A stretch of 64,000 bases of DNA from Patescibacteria group bacterium (GCA_032117075.1 JAUMAA010000004.1:2629-66628), one strand, 5' to 3'; positions 1-9,768 are shown, counted from the first letter of the stretch. Made by a program: numbers and translations. Notes: generated by a model not told the origin, from the sequence alone.

Positions 1-168
1 TAACATTTTTTCATTATCTTCAGATTGCCCATGCCTAAAAATGTAAAGAACAGGATAATTACTATCTTCATTTTTAGGCATGGTAGTTACTTCTTTATAG
101 TTTAACTTTTCAATAGCGGCTTCAACTTTTTCTTTTCCGTATTTATTGTAAAAAGGTGTTAAATCCAT
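1..168 (-). CDS. Histidine phosphatase / phosphoglycerate mutase family protein (runs off window start)
   Basis: Manual translation from ATG at 168: MDLTPFYNKYGKEKVEAAIEKLNYKEVTTMPKNEDSNYPVLYIFRHGQSEDNEKNV; contains the RHG catalytic motif. Confidence 0.8.
   Translation of the reverse strand, partial: MDLTPFYNKYGKEKVEAAIEKLNYKEVTTMPKNEDSNYPVLYIFRHGQSEDNEKML
29..83. repeat. Perfect 15-bp inverted repeat with 25-bp spacer
   Basis: CCATGCCTAAAAATG (29-43) and CATTTTTAGGCATGG (69-83). Confidence 0.9.
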
Positions 169-189
169 AAATTTATTTTAGCACCAAAG

Positions 190-819
190 TTATCTGTATT
201 TCCTAATAACACCAGTAACTTTTCCTTGAATTATTAGATTGTCTTCTGTGGTATAGATTGGATCCATATTTGGATTTGCAGGTTGAAGTCTTATTCTTCC
301 ATCCTTTTCCCTGATATATGTTTTCAAAGTTGCAAATCCATTATCAAGAAGAGCTACAACAATGTCCCCATTATCTGCTGTGTCTTGTTTTTGAATTACA
401 ACATAGTCACCATTAAAAATTCCTTCATCAATCATCGAGTCACCCTTTACTTGAAGTACAAAACATCTTTTAACACTTGATACCATGTCAGGCGATACTG
501 TTACTGTTTCGTAAGCATTTTCAATAGCATCTATAGGTTTTCCAGCCGCAATAAATCCTACTAATGGAAGTTCAATTCCTGACATACCAGTATCATAATT
601 TTCAGATACCAATTCAAGTCCTCTAACTGAACCTTCATACTTTCTTAAAACTCCTTTTCTAACTAAGGCATTTATATGTTCATGAACTGTTGCTAGAGAT
701 GATAGTCCCATCGCATTTGCAATTTCTTGTAATGTTGGCGATGAGTTATTCTTTTGAATGTATTGTGAGATAAAATCTACTATCTCTTTTTGTCTTTTAT
801 ACAATGTGACTGGTGACAT
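190..819 (-). CDS. lexA: SOS repressor LexA
   Basis: N-terminal wHTH (PTLQEIA..GLSSLATVHEH), AAG cleavage site, GDSM serine, TLK lysine of S24 peptidase. Confidence 0.97.
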   Translation of the reverse strand: MSPVTLYKRQKEIVDFISQYIQKNNSSPTLQEIANAMGLSSLATVHEHINALVRKGVLRKYEGSVRGLELVSENYDTGMSGIELPLVGFIAAGKPIDAIENAYETVTVSPDMVSSVKRCFVLQVKGDSMIDEGIFNGDYVVIQKQDTADNGDIVVALLDNGFATLKTYIREKDGRIRLQPANPNMDPIYTTEDNLIIQGKVTGVIRKYR

Positions 820-861
820 ATATTCCTTTCAAATTATTTACGGTTTTTTTTCGTTACTTTT

Positions 862-891
862 AATATACCGAATATTTACCAAAGATGTCAA
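862..891 (-). promoter_or_regulatory. lexA sigma70 promoter with candidate operator repeats in the spacer
   Basis: Minus strand TTGACA (891-886)-N18-TATATT (867-862); plus-strand direct repeat TACCGAA (866-872) / TACCAAA (877-883), 11-bp period. Confidence 0.6.
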
Positions 892-902
892 GAGTGTTTA
901 GA

Positions 903-917
903 TGTTAAAATAGAATT
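903..917 (+). promoter_or_regulatory. Extended -10 promoter, probable leaderless uvrB transcript
   Basis: TGTTAAAAT then 6 nt then ATG; no SD. Confidence 0.6.
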
Positions 918-2921
918 ATGTTTTATTTAGAATCAAGTTTTAAGCCAACAGGAGATCAACCTGCTGCAATAGATAAATTAACTGCCTATATAGTTGAAGG
1001 TGGTAAATACCAAACTCTTCTTGGGGTGACTGGATCAGGTAAAACCTTTACTATGGCTAATTTAATTCAAAATTTAGTAAGACCCACTTTAATTATTTCT
1101 CACAATAAGACCCTTGCAGCTCAGTTGTTTCAAGAATTTAGAGATTTTTTTCCTAAAAATGCTGTTGAATACTTTGTCTCTTACTATGACTATTACCAAC
1201 CAGAAAGTTACCTTCCATCCACAGATACTTATATAGAAAAGGACTCACAAATAAATGATGAGATCGATAAATTAAGGCTTTCAGCTACTACCTCACTAAT
1301 GACTCGAAAGGATGTAATTGTTGTTTCTTCTGTTTCATGTATTTATTCCTTAGGTTCCCCCGCAGAATATTCAAAATGCTCGGTAGAAATTAAAAGAGGA
1401 ATGAAACTTAGAGTACAAGATTTGCTAGTAAGATTATCCCAAACTCAATACCAAAGAAATGACTTAGATTTTAAAAGAGGAACTTTTAGATTAAAAGGCG
1501 ATGTTTTAGATATTTTCCCAGCTTACTCGGATATTCCAGTAAGAGTAGAGATATTTGAAGAGAAGGTTGAAAAAATTTATTATTTTGACCATCTAAATGG
1601 TGTTGCTTTAAAAAATAATTTAGGTGAATATTTAATAGATTTTATAGAAATTTATCCAGCTAAGCATTACATTGCTCCTGAGAGCACAAGAGATTCTGCT
1701 ATGGCACAGATTAGAAAAGACTTAGAAAGCAGGCTCAGGGTATTAAGAAGTGCTGGTAAAAATTTGGAAGCTTACAGATTAGAACAAAGAACAAATTACG
1801 ATTTAGAAATGATTACCGAAATTGGATACTGTAAAGGAATTGAAAACTATTCTAGGTACTTTGATGGTAGGGAAGAAGGAGGAGCTCCTTATTCATTGTT
1901 AGATTATTTTCCAGAAGGTTATCTTTTAATTATCGATGAGTCACATATTACTCTTCCCCAAGTAAGAGGAATGTATAACGGTGACAGGGCTAGAAAACAA
2001 ACACTTGTTGATTATGGTTTTAGGTTGCCCTCAGCTTTAGATAATAGACCCTTAAACTTCCATGAATTCCTAGAAAGAACTGGTCATACTTTATTTGTAT
2101 CAGCAACACCTTCTGATGCTGAAATTAGTTTTAGTGAAGGAAAAGTAGCAGAACAAATTATCAGGCCAACTGGAATCATTGAACCAAAGATTGAAATATT
2201 ACCTACTCAAAACCAAGTTAACGATTTGATTGATAAGATTAATCTCAGAGTTGAGAGAGGTGAAAGAGTCTTGGTGACTACTATGACTAAAAGAATGGCG
2301 GAAGAGTTATCTAACTATTTAATTGAAAAGAAAATTAAAGCTGCCTATTTACACTCAGATATAGATACCTTAGAAAGAACAAATATTTTGGATGACTTAA
2401 GAAGGGGAAACTATGATGTATTAATAGGAATTAATCTTTTAAGAGAAGGGTTAGATTTACCTGAGGTAACCTTGGTTGCAATTTTAGATGCTGATAAAGA
2501 AGGATTTTTAAGATCAAAATCTTCATTAATTCAAACAATGGGAAGGGCAGCTAGACATGTTTTAGGTGAGGTAGTGATGTATGCAGATAGGATTACTAAA
2601 AGTATGCAGGAAGCTATGGATGAGGTTGAAAGAAGAAGAGTAATTCAGGAAGAATATAATTTAAAAAATAATATTACACCTCAAAAAATTATTAAACCAA
2701 TAAGACAGAAATTAATTGATGAAATAATTGAAGAAAAAGAAAAAAAGTCAGGAAAGAGAATTAAAGCTGTCAGTTACGAATCACTTCCTCCAAAAGATTT
2801 AGAAAAAGAATTAAAAAAGCTGACTGAGGAGATGAAATACGAAGCAGAAATTTTAAACTTTGAAAAGGCAGCTTCAATCAGAGATGAAGTTAAAAAAATT
2901 CGAAAAATTTTGAATATTTAA
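918..2921 (+). CDS. uvrB: Excinuclease ABC subunit B
   Basis: GVTGSGKT Walker A, YYDYYQPE beta-hairpin, DESH, C-terminal UVR domain. Confidence 0.98.
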   Translation: MFYLESSFKPTGDQPAAIDKLTAYIVEGGKYQTLLGVTGSGKTFTMANLIQNLVRPTLIISHNKTLAAQLFQEFRDFFPKNAVEYFVSYYDYYQPESYLPSTDTYIEKDSQINDEIDKLRLSATTSLMTRKDVIVVSSVSCIYSLGSPAEYSKCSVEIKRGMKLRVQDLLVRLSQTQYQRNDLDFKRGTFRLKGDVLDIFPAYSDIPVRVEIFEEKVEKIYYFDHLNGVALKNNLGEYLIDFIEIYPAKHYIAPESTRDSAMAQIRKDLESRLRVLRSAGKNLEAYRLEQRTNYDLEMITEIGYCKGIENYSRYFDGREEGGAPYSLLDYFPEGYLLIIDESHITLPQVRGMYNGDRARKQTLVDYGFRLPSALDNRPLNFHEFLERTGHTLFVSATPSDAEISFSEGKVAEQIIRPTGIIEPKIEILPTQNQVNDLIDKINLRVERGERVLVTTMTKRMAEELSNYLIEKKIKAAYLHSDIDTLERTNILDDLRRGNYDVLIGINLLREGLDLPEVTLVAILDADKEGFLRSKSSLIQTMGRAARHVLGEVVMYADRITKSMQEAMDEVERRRVIQEEYNLKNNITPQKIIKPIRQKLIDEIIEEKEKKSGKRIKAVSYESLPPKDLEKELKKLTEEMKYEAEILNFEKAASIRDEVKKIRKILNI

Positions 2922-2963
2922 ATTAGTTCTTCTCAATATATTTTTTTAATTTAATATAAATGT

Positions 2964-3077
2964 ATGCCCAAATTTACAACTAATCTCACAAGATTAGAAA
3001 AACTACTTTTAGTAGGTTCTCTTGTATTTTTAGTTTATTATTCATATTGGTTTTTAAACTATGGGTTATATTTATAA
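2964..3077 (+). CDS. Putative 37-aa single-pass membrane microprotein
   Basis: MPKFTTNLTRLEKLLLVGSLVFLVYYSYWFLNYGLYL; preceded by TAATAT-N6-ATG like neighbouring genes; fills an otherwise unexplained gap. Confidence 0.5.
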   Translation: MPKFTTNLTRLEKLLLVGSLVFLVYYSYWFLNYGLYL

Positions 3078-3135
3078 CTACTTGAAATTCTCCCTTTTTT
3101 CTATACAATAAAGTAATCTTCCTGCCACACCATTT

Positions 3136-3708
3136 ATGGACAAAAGGAAGCTAAGTTTATTATTAAAAAGAAATATAAGAAAGATAGAATCTCAGGATGT
3201 TTACGATTATCTTGATAAATTCGTTCTTAACAAATCAGAACTAGATCTTGCCAGCAAATTAAAATTAAACACTCTAGAGAAGTCATTAATTGATATTAAA
3301 GATGTAAAGAAATTTCTTAACCATATATCCAAGTTGACTGGGTTTTGTGTCTTTATAATTTCCAAAAACCATCTTTTTTACTCAGGTAACGATTCTAATT
3401 CTGATTTTACAACTTTCAATAAATTATCATTATTTAGACATTCTTTGAAAGATATTGAAAATGGGAAGCTGCTTAAATTGATTAATCAGAAATCGAACCA
3501 ACATGATTATAATGTTAAGGTTGTTCCAAATTTGGATAAATTTCAAATCGAGGATTCATTACTAGTTTCAGTAAGACTTCCTCATTCAAGTCTTAATCTA
3601 GGAGTTTTAGGTGGTATGGATTCTGATTTGGAAACAACTGTTAATATCATTAATTATCTCTATAATTCCCAAACATTTAACGAAAGAATATCAAGAATAT
3701 TCTACTAA
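3136..3708 (+). CDS. Degenerate HrcA-like protein (C-terminal GAF-like part, apparently lacking the wHTH core)
   Basis: C-terminal LGVLGGMDSDL resembles HrcA IGVIGPxRMdY; ISKLTG and FYSG segments also fit; SATIRN and PHTSAGR motifs absent. Confidence 0.45.
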   Translation: MDKRKLSLLLKRNIRKIESQDVYDYLDKFVLNKSELDLASKLKLNTLEKSLIDIKDVKKFLNHISKLTGFCVFIISKNHLFYSGNDSNSDFTTFNKLSLFRHSLKDIENGKLLKLINQKSNQHDYNVKVVPNLDKFQIEDSLLVSVRLPHSSLNLGVLGGMDSDLETTVNIINYLYNSQTFNERISRIFY

Positions 3709-3726
3709 TAATAGTATAATTAAAAA

Positions 3727-6678
3727 ATGGACAAGATTGTTGTAAAGAATGCTAAGCATCACAATTTAAAGAATGTAAGCCTTGAAATACCGAAATACAA
3801 AATGGTTGTATTTACCGGTGTCTCTGGATCTGGAAAATCATCGATGGCAATGGATACCATTTTTGCTGAGGGTCAAAGAAGATATGTGGAAAGCTTATCT
3901 GCTTATGCTAGGCAATTTTTAGGAGTTATGGAGAAACCAGATGTTGAAAGTATTGATGGCCTTTCTCCCTCTATTGCAATTGACCAAAAAACTACTTCCA
4001 GAAATCCAAGATCGACAGTAGGAACTATCACTGAAATTTACGATTATTTAAGACTTTTATATGCCAGAGTTGGTCATCCACATTGTCCAGAATGTGGTTC
4101 AGAAATCTCAAGACTATCCATAGATCAAATATTTGGGAATGTTGTTTCCACGATATGTAAACATTTAAATTTTTCAACAGCAAAAGGTGTAAGATTTATG
4201 ATCTTATCCCCAATCATTAAAGAGAAAAAGGGAGAGTATCAATCATTATTTGAAAATTTAAGAAAACAGGGGGTAGTTAGAGCTAGAGTAGATGGAAAAG
4301 TAAGAGATTTGAATGAAGAGATTTCACTTTTGAAAAATAATAAACACACTATTGAAGGAATAATTTTCAGAGGAACCTATTCAGAAAGAACCTATAATCT
4401 TGAAGACTCTAGAAAAGAATTTGAGTCAAATTTAATCCAAAATATTGAAACAGCATTAAAGATGGCAAACGGAAATGCAATTCTATCTATTATTGAGGAT
4501 GATACCTACGAATTTCCTGAGAGTCCATCTGTAATGAAAGATTTTTTATATTCCGAAAATTTTGCTTGTCCTAAATGTTTAATTTCTCTTCCCGACATTG
4601 AACCTAGAACCTTTTCATTTAATAGTCCTTTTGGAGCTTGTAAAAAGTGTGATGGTTTGGGAATTGAACAGATAGTTGATGAGGATACTGTCTTGAATAA
4701 AAACCTTTCCCTTGCTGAAGGTGGGGTTATGCCTTGGGGACGGTTTTTTGAATATGACTCATGGATTATGAAGGTTTTAGAAGCTGTTTGTCATGAATAT
4801 TCTATTTCCATGAGAAAGCCAATCCAGGAGCTTTCTCAAAATGAGATTAATATTATTCTAAATGGTTTTCCTGAAGAAAAGAAATTTAAAATCAAATATA
4901 GAAATCAGGAAGGAAAAACTTCAGAATATGAGGCACATTATGAGGGTGTTTTAAATTATTTACTTAGAAAATATAGAGAAACTAAATCGGATAACCAGAA
5001 AGAAGAGATAGAAAAATATTTGATAAATGTTCCTTGTTCTCTTTGTCATGGAGCTAGATTAAGTAATGAAGCCTTATCAGTAGTAATTCAAGAAAAGAAT
5101 ATTTCAGAAGTTTGTGCTCTTTCTATTGATGAGTTTCAAAAATGGTCACAAACTCTAGAAGCAAACTTTAATGAAAGAGAAAGAAAGATTTCTGACCCAA
5201 TTTTAAAAGAAATTACTTTTAGGATTAAATTTTTAATTGATGTTGGATTAACTTACCTATCCTTAGATAGATCTAGTGCTCAGTTATCTGGAGGCGAAGC
5301 TCAGAGAATTAGACTTGCATCTCAAATTGGATCAGGGCTTTCAGGTGTCTTATATGTTTTAGATGAGCCTTCCATCGGACTTCATCCTAGAGATCAATCA
5401 AAGTTGATAAAAACTCTTCATCATTTAAGGGATTTAGGAAATACACTAATTGTAGTTGAGCACGATAACGAAACAATGCTTGAATCTGATTATATTGTTG
5501 ATTTTGGTCCTGGTGCGGGGGAGTTAGGAGGTAAGGTAATCTCACAAGGTACCCCAGAAGAGATTATGAAAGATTCTAATTCAATTACAGGTAAATACTT
5601 ATCAGGAAAATTAAAAGTTGGTCATAAAGGATTTAAAGTTCCTGAAGAAGAAAAACAAAGTAGGAAGAAATGGGATGGTGAGTATTTACTTTTAAAAAAT
5701 GCCACAGGAAGAAATCTAAAAGGGGTGGATCTAACAATTCCTCTTGGAAAACTAATTTCTATAACTGGAGTTTCTGGTTCTGGAAAATCTACATTAATCA
5801 TGGATACCTTCTTGAAAGAATTAAGGCACTTTTTTGGTCTAAAAAATGAGGAAAAACCTGAAACTAATGATGGATTGTTTGGATGTGAACATTTGGATAA
5901 AGTTATTTCTATAGATCAAAATCCGATTGGTAGAACACCTAAATCAAATCCTGCCACATATACTAAAGTTTTTGATGAGATTAGAGATTTATATGCTCAA
6001 ACAGAAGATTCAAAAATCAGAGGCTACCAACCTGGTAGATTTTCTTTCAATGTAAAAGGAGGAAGATGTGAGGCTTGTTTTGGAGAAGGTCAGGTGAAAA
6101 TAGAAATGCAATTTATGCCTGATGTATATGTGAATTGTGAAGTTTGTCAGGGGAAGAGGTACAACAGGGAGGCTCTGGAGATTGTATATAAAGGAAAAAA
6201 TATTGCTGATGTTCTAGATATGAATATTGATGAGGCTGTTAGTTTCTTTAAGAACATTCCTGCTATTTATAAAAAACTTGCTACATTGCAAGAAGTAGGG
6301 TTAGGGTATATCAAATTAGGTCAAAGTGCTCCTACACTATCTGGAGGAGAGGCACAGAGAGTTAAGTTGGCTACCGAACTTTCTAAGAGATCTACTGGAA
6401 GAACTTTGTATATTCTTGATGAGCCTACTACAGGCCTTCACTTTGCAGATCTAGAAAATCTAATTTCAGTTATGAAGAGATTAGTTGCTACTGGAAATAC
6501 TGTTCTAGTAATAGAACATAATTTGGATATTGTTTTAAATTCTGATTTTATTGTCGACCTCGGCCCCGAAGGCGGAAAAAACGGAGGTCAAAAAGTTTTC
6601 GAAGGCTCTTTGCCTGAGTTACTAAAACATAAATCATCACATACAGCAGAAGCCCTAAGAAGAATATATAAATTGTAA
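3727..6678 (+). CDS. uvrA: Excinuclease ABC subunit A
   Basis: Two GVSGSGKS Walker A motifs, two LSGGEAQR signatures, CxxC zinc fingers. Confidence 0.98.
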   Translation: MDKIVVKNAKHHNLKNVSLEIPKYKMVVFTGVSGSGKSSMAMDTIFAEGQRRYVESLSAYARQFLGVMEKPDVESIDGLSPSIAIDQKTTSRNPRSTVGTITEIYDYLRLLYARVGHPHCPECGSEISRLSIDQIFGNVVSTICKHLNFSTAKGVRFMILSPIIKEKKGEYQSLFENLRKQGVVRARVDGKVRDLNEEISLLKNNKHTIEGIIFRGTYSERTYNLEDSRKEFESNLIQNIETALKMANGNAILSIIEDDTYEFPESPSVMKDFLYSENFACPKCLISLPDIEPRTFSFNSPFGACKKCDGLGIEQIVDEDTVLNKNLSLAEGGVMPWGRFFEYDSWIMKVLEAVCHEYSISMRKPIQELSQNEINIILNGFPEEKKFKIKYRNQEGKTSEYEAHYEGVLNYLLRKYRETKSDNQKEEIEKYLINVPCSLCHGARLSNEALSVVIQEKNISEVCALSIDEFQKWSQTLEANFNERERKISDPILKEITFRIKFLIDVGLTYLSLDRSSAQLSGGEAQRIRLASQIGSGLSGVLYVLDEPSIGLHPRDQSKLIKTLHHLRDLGNTLIVVEHDNETMLESDYIVDFGPGAGELGGKVISQGTPEEIMKDSNSITGKYLSGKLKVGHKGFKVPEEEKQSRKKWDGEYLLLKNATGRNLKGVDLTIPLGKLISITGVSGSGKSTLIMDTFLKELRHFFGLKNEEKPETNDGLFGCEHLDKVISIDQNPIGRTPKSNPATYTKVFDEIRDLYAQTEDSKIRGYQPGRFSFNVKGGRCEACFGEGQVKIEMQFMPDVYVNCEVCQGKRYNREALEIVYKGKNIADVLDMNIDEAVSFFKNIPAIYKKLATLQEVGLGYIKLGQSAPTLSGGEAQRVKLATELSKRSTGRTLYILDEPTTGLHFADLENLISVMKRLVATGNTVLVIEHNLDIVLNSDFIVDLGPEGGKNGGQKVFEGSLPELLKHKSSHTAEALRRIYKL

Positions 6679-8401
6679 TTAATGCTGTATAAGCTACTGG
6701 GTTTTGAATCTCGATTTTTGTTTTATTGCTGCCAAAATCTTCAAAAGTAATCTCTTCTCCTTTTTTTACAAAAACTGTTTTACTTTGAAACGGTAATACA
6801 TTTTCACCGCTGATATTAAATAAAGTCGAATTACCTTTATTAGTAATTCTAATTGGTTCTATTTCTCTTAATAAGCTGAAAAAGTTAAAACTGAAAACTT
6901 TTTCAGCAGAGTAATCCTTAGTATATAAAACACTGTCAGCATTTTCTGGAAAATCGAACTCAAGGTATTTTTTGTTTGTATCAACTTTGTAAAAACCAGC
7001 TGCAATTGGGTATTTAGAGTCTAAACCCTTAGTTACAAGTGTAATATGATTCAAATCTAGTTTAGAGAAATAGTCAATTCCAGAAGTGTTTCCCCATGTA
7101 GGATCTATTTGTACCCAACCGAACTTTGGGTCGTAAAATTCAGGCCAAGCATGTAACCTATCCCCTTCATTGATTGATATGTTGATTGGGTTTTTTTCAG
7201 GATCTTTCGAATAAGCATAGCCATTTATTTCTCTAGCCGGTATACCCATACTTCTTGCAATTGCAATAAAGGTATCTGTGAATTCCATACAGCCCATTTT
7301 TGATTCTCTTTTAAGAGTTTTTAAAGCACCGTATCTTTCAATAGAGTTCTTTTTTAATATTTCAAAATCATATTTATAGTTCTCTATTAAAAATTTATAA
7401 ATTTTTTGTGCATTCAAACTAACATTTTTTGAATTATCTTTTATTTTTTCAGCTGTTTCTCTAACTTCCTTAGAATTAACTTCCCAGTAAATTTGTTCTT
7501 TAGTATATTTTTTAATTAAGTCACCGGGTATATCTTCCAAGTTTCCTCCATTTTCAGGATCTATTTGAACACCATAAGTTCTTACCGATCCTTTTAAAGA
7601 AATTTCCATATTAGAGGAGGGGTTTAATCTATATTTAGCTAGATAATTTCCATCTTCATCTTGATAAATCTCTAATGGTTTAGGTTCTAAGCTTTCAAAT
7701 TTTATTTCTTGTCTTTTATAAATATCTGGAACTAAAGCTATTTCTCTCGTTTGGAACCATTTAGTGTCATTAATTAGATCGTACTTGATATTGAAATTGA
7801 TTAATTGATATTCACCAAAAGTAGCTGAGATAGCCTTGTCTAATATTTCTTCACCTTCAAAAATAAATTTATATTTACCATCTTTTACTTCTTTAGAATT
7901 TGGATTTGGAGATATGTAGATAATATTTCCAGAATTCTCTGGAATTGTAAGATTTATTTTTAATGTTCTAATGTTGTTCTTTGGAATTTTAGGCAAATTA
8001 ATATTAAGAATTTTGCCATTTTTCTGTACTAAATCTCTACTTTTATACAATAAGGTAAATTTGTTGGCCTGGTTCTTCCCAATTTTTACTCCCCTTAAAC
8101 TAATTGTAACTTTTTTGGTATCGTTTTCTTCATCCTCCTTAATTTCTAAAAGACCGTTTTGATCTCTAGCTTCTAAATCAAAATAGTTATATTCTTCGAG
8201 ATTTTGTGTGAATGAAGTAATTGCTAAATCGTTTTGAACATTTACAATACTAAAATTTTTTTCTACCTCAAAGAATCCTTCTGAATTATAAGTATAATTA
8301 ATATTCAAGTCTATTAAAAACTCTTCATTAATTGCTAAAGTCTTTAGAGAAAAAAAGACTATAAAAATTGAAAAAAAGACAGGTATAAATTTTTTTAACA
8401 T
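6548..8401 (-). CDS. Membrane-anchored extracytoplasmic transglutaminase-like protein
   Basis: GCMEF / LHAW / IDPTW Cys-His-Asp triad, N-terminal signal, C-terminal TM; start at 8401 (MLKKF) preferred because of TATCAT-N6-ATG. Confidence 0.88.
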   Translation of the reverse strand: MLKKFIPVFFSIFIVFFSLKTLAINEEFLIDLNINYTYNSEGFFEVEKNFSIVNVQNDLAITSFTQNLEEYNYFDLEARDQNGLLEIKEDEENDTKKVTISLRGVKIGKNQANKFTLLYKSRDLVQKNGKILNINLPKIPKNNIRTLKINLTIPENSGNIIYISPNPNSKEVKDGKYKFIFEGEEILDKAISATFGEYQLINFNIKYDLINDTKWFQTREIALVPDIYKRQEIKFESLEPKPLEIYQDEDGNYLAKYRLNPSSNMEISLKGSVRTYGVQIDPENGGNLEDIPGDLIKKYTKEQIYWEVNSKEVRETAEKIKDNSKNVSLNAQKIYKFLIENYKYDFEILKKNSIERYGALKTLKRESKMGCMEFTDTFIAIARSMGIPAREINGYAYSKDPEKNPINISINEGDRLHAWPEFYDPKFGWVQIDPTWGNTSGIDYFSKLDLNHITLVTKGLDSKYPIAAGFYKVDTNKKYLEFDFPENADSVLYTKDYSAEKVFSFNFFSLLREIEPIRITNKGNSTLFNISGENVLPFQSKTVFVKKGEEITFEDFGSNKTKIEIQNPVAYTALITIYIFFLGLLLYVMIYVLVTQAKSLRKLFDLRFFRLRGRGRQ

Positions 8402-8423
8402 ACTCAAATGATACAATTTTATT
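8402..8423. promoter_or_regulatory. Bidirectional -10 element
   Basis: Plus strand TGATACAAT-N6-ATG (uvrC); minus strand TATCAT-N6-ATG (transglutaminase). Confidence 0.6.
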
Positions 8424-9764
8424 ATGAATTCGACAAATATTGAGGCAAAACTAAAAGTATTACCTACATATCCGGGAGTTTATAAATTTTTTAATCTTGA
8501 GGGTGATGTAATATATGTAGGTAAGGCAAAAAATTTAAGAAATAGAGTCAAATCTTATTTTAGAGTGAGTGTGGGTAAGGATACAAAGACCCAAGCATTG
8601 GTTGAAAATATCAATGATTTAGAATACATTGAAGTTTCAACTGAACTCGAGGCTTTAATTTTAGAAGAAAAATTAGTTAAAAAATTCCAGCCTAAATATA
8701 ATATTCTTTTGAAGGATGATAAATCTTTCTTATACATAGTTTTGAGGGAGAGTATTGTTAGTATTGAAAAGAGAGAGCTGAGTTTTCCTCAGGTTATTTC
8801 CGCTAGAAAGACAGATTTGAAACCTACTGATATATATTTTGGTCCGTACCCAAGGGCAGAGGTTGCGAAATATGTTCTTAGAACATTAAGAAAAATTATT
8901 CCTTTTAGAGATTGCACTAAATCAAAATTTATGAGTTACAAAAGAATGGGCAAGCCTTGTTTGTATGGTCACTTAGGCTTATGCCAAGCCCCTTGTACAG
9001 GAGCAGTAAGTTCAAAAGATTATAAGTCTGATTTAATGAAAATAAAAAAGTTTTTAGATGGAAATTTTAAAAAAATAATTCTAGATGTTCATAAAGAGAT
9101 GGTGGAAGAATCGAAAAATGAAAATTTTGAAAGAGCTGCCAAACTCAGAGATATTGTTAAGAAATTCGAGTATCTCACAATTAATTCTAAAAAAATTGAT
9201 TTAATTGCAGAAAATCCTCTTTTGGCTGAGGATTTGATTAGTGAATCACTAGATAACCTACTGAAAAATATTCCTATTTTAAAAGATTATCCTGAAAGAA
9301 TAGAGTGTTATGACATTTCAAATTTATCTGGAACAGAAGCAACTGCTTCCATGACAGTTGCAATAAATGGTAAGTTAAATAATTCGGAATATAGAAGATT
9401 TAAAATTAAATTCAAGAAAACACCTGATGATTTTGAAATGATGAGGGAAACTCTTAGAAGAAGATTTAAAAGATCTCTTTTAGAAGATAGCTGGAGATTA
9501 CCAAATTTAATTATTTTAGATGGAGGTAAAGGTCAGCTTTCGGCCGGTCTATCCGTAGTAGAAGAGATGAAACTAGATGTACCGATGATTTCAATTGCAA
9601 AAAGAGAAGAAATCTTAATTTATCAAGAAAATGGGGAGTTTTACGAAGTAAAACTCCCTAGAAACGATGAAGCGCTAAAACTAGTTCAAAGATTGAGAGA
9701 TGAGGCTCACAGATTCGCCAAAAAATATCACCATCAACTTAGAATGAAAAAGTTGTTATCATAG
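8424..9764 (+). CDS. uvrC: Excinuclease ABC subunit C (short form, no C-terminal HhH)
   Basis: GIY-YIG (PGVY..YVGKAKNLR), UVR, RNase H-like (ECYDIS, DGGKGQ, RDEAHRFA). Confidence 0.95.
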   Translation: MNSTNIEAKLKVLPTYPGVYKFFNLEGDVIYVGKAKNLRNRVKSYFRVSVGKDTKTQALVENINDLEYIEVSTELEALILEEKLVKKFQPKYNILLKDDKSFLYIVLRESIVSIEKRELSFPQVISARKTDLKPTDIYFGPYPRAEVAKYVLRTLRKIIPFRDCTKSKFMSYKRMGKPCLYGHLGLCQAPCTGAVSSKDYKSDLMKIKKFLDGNFKKIILDVHKEMVEESKNENFERAAKLRDIVKKFEYLTINSKKIDLIAENPLLAEDLISESLDNLLKNIPILKDYPERIECYDISNLSGTEATASMTVAINGKLNNSEYRRFKIKFKKTPDDFEMMRETLRRRFKRSLLEDSWRLPNLIILDGGKGQLSAGLSVVEEMKLDVPMISIAKREEILIYQENGEFYEVKLPRNDEALKLVQRLRDEAHRFAKKYHHQLRMKKLLS

Positions 9765-9768
9765 TCTT

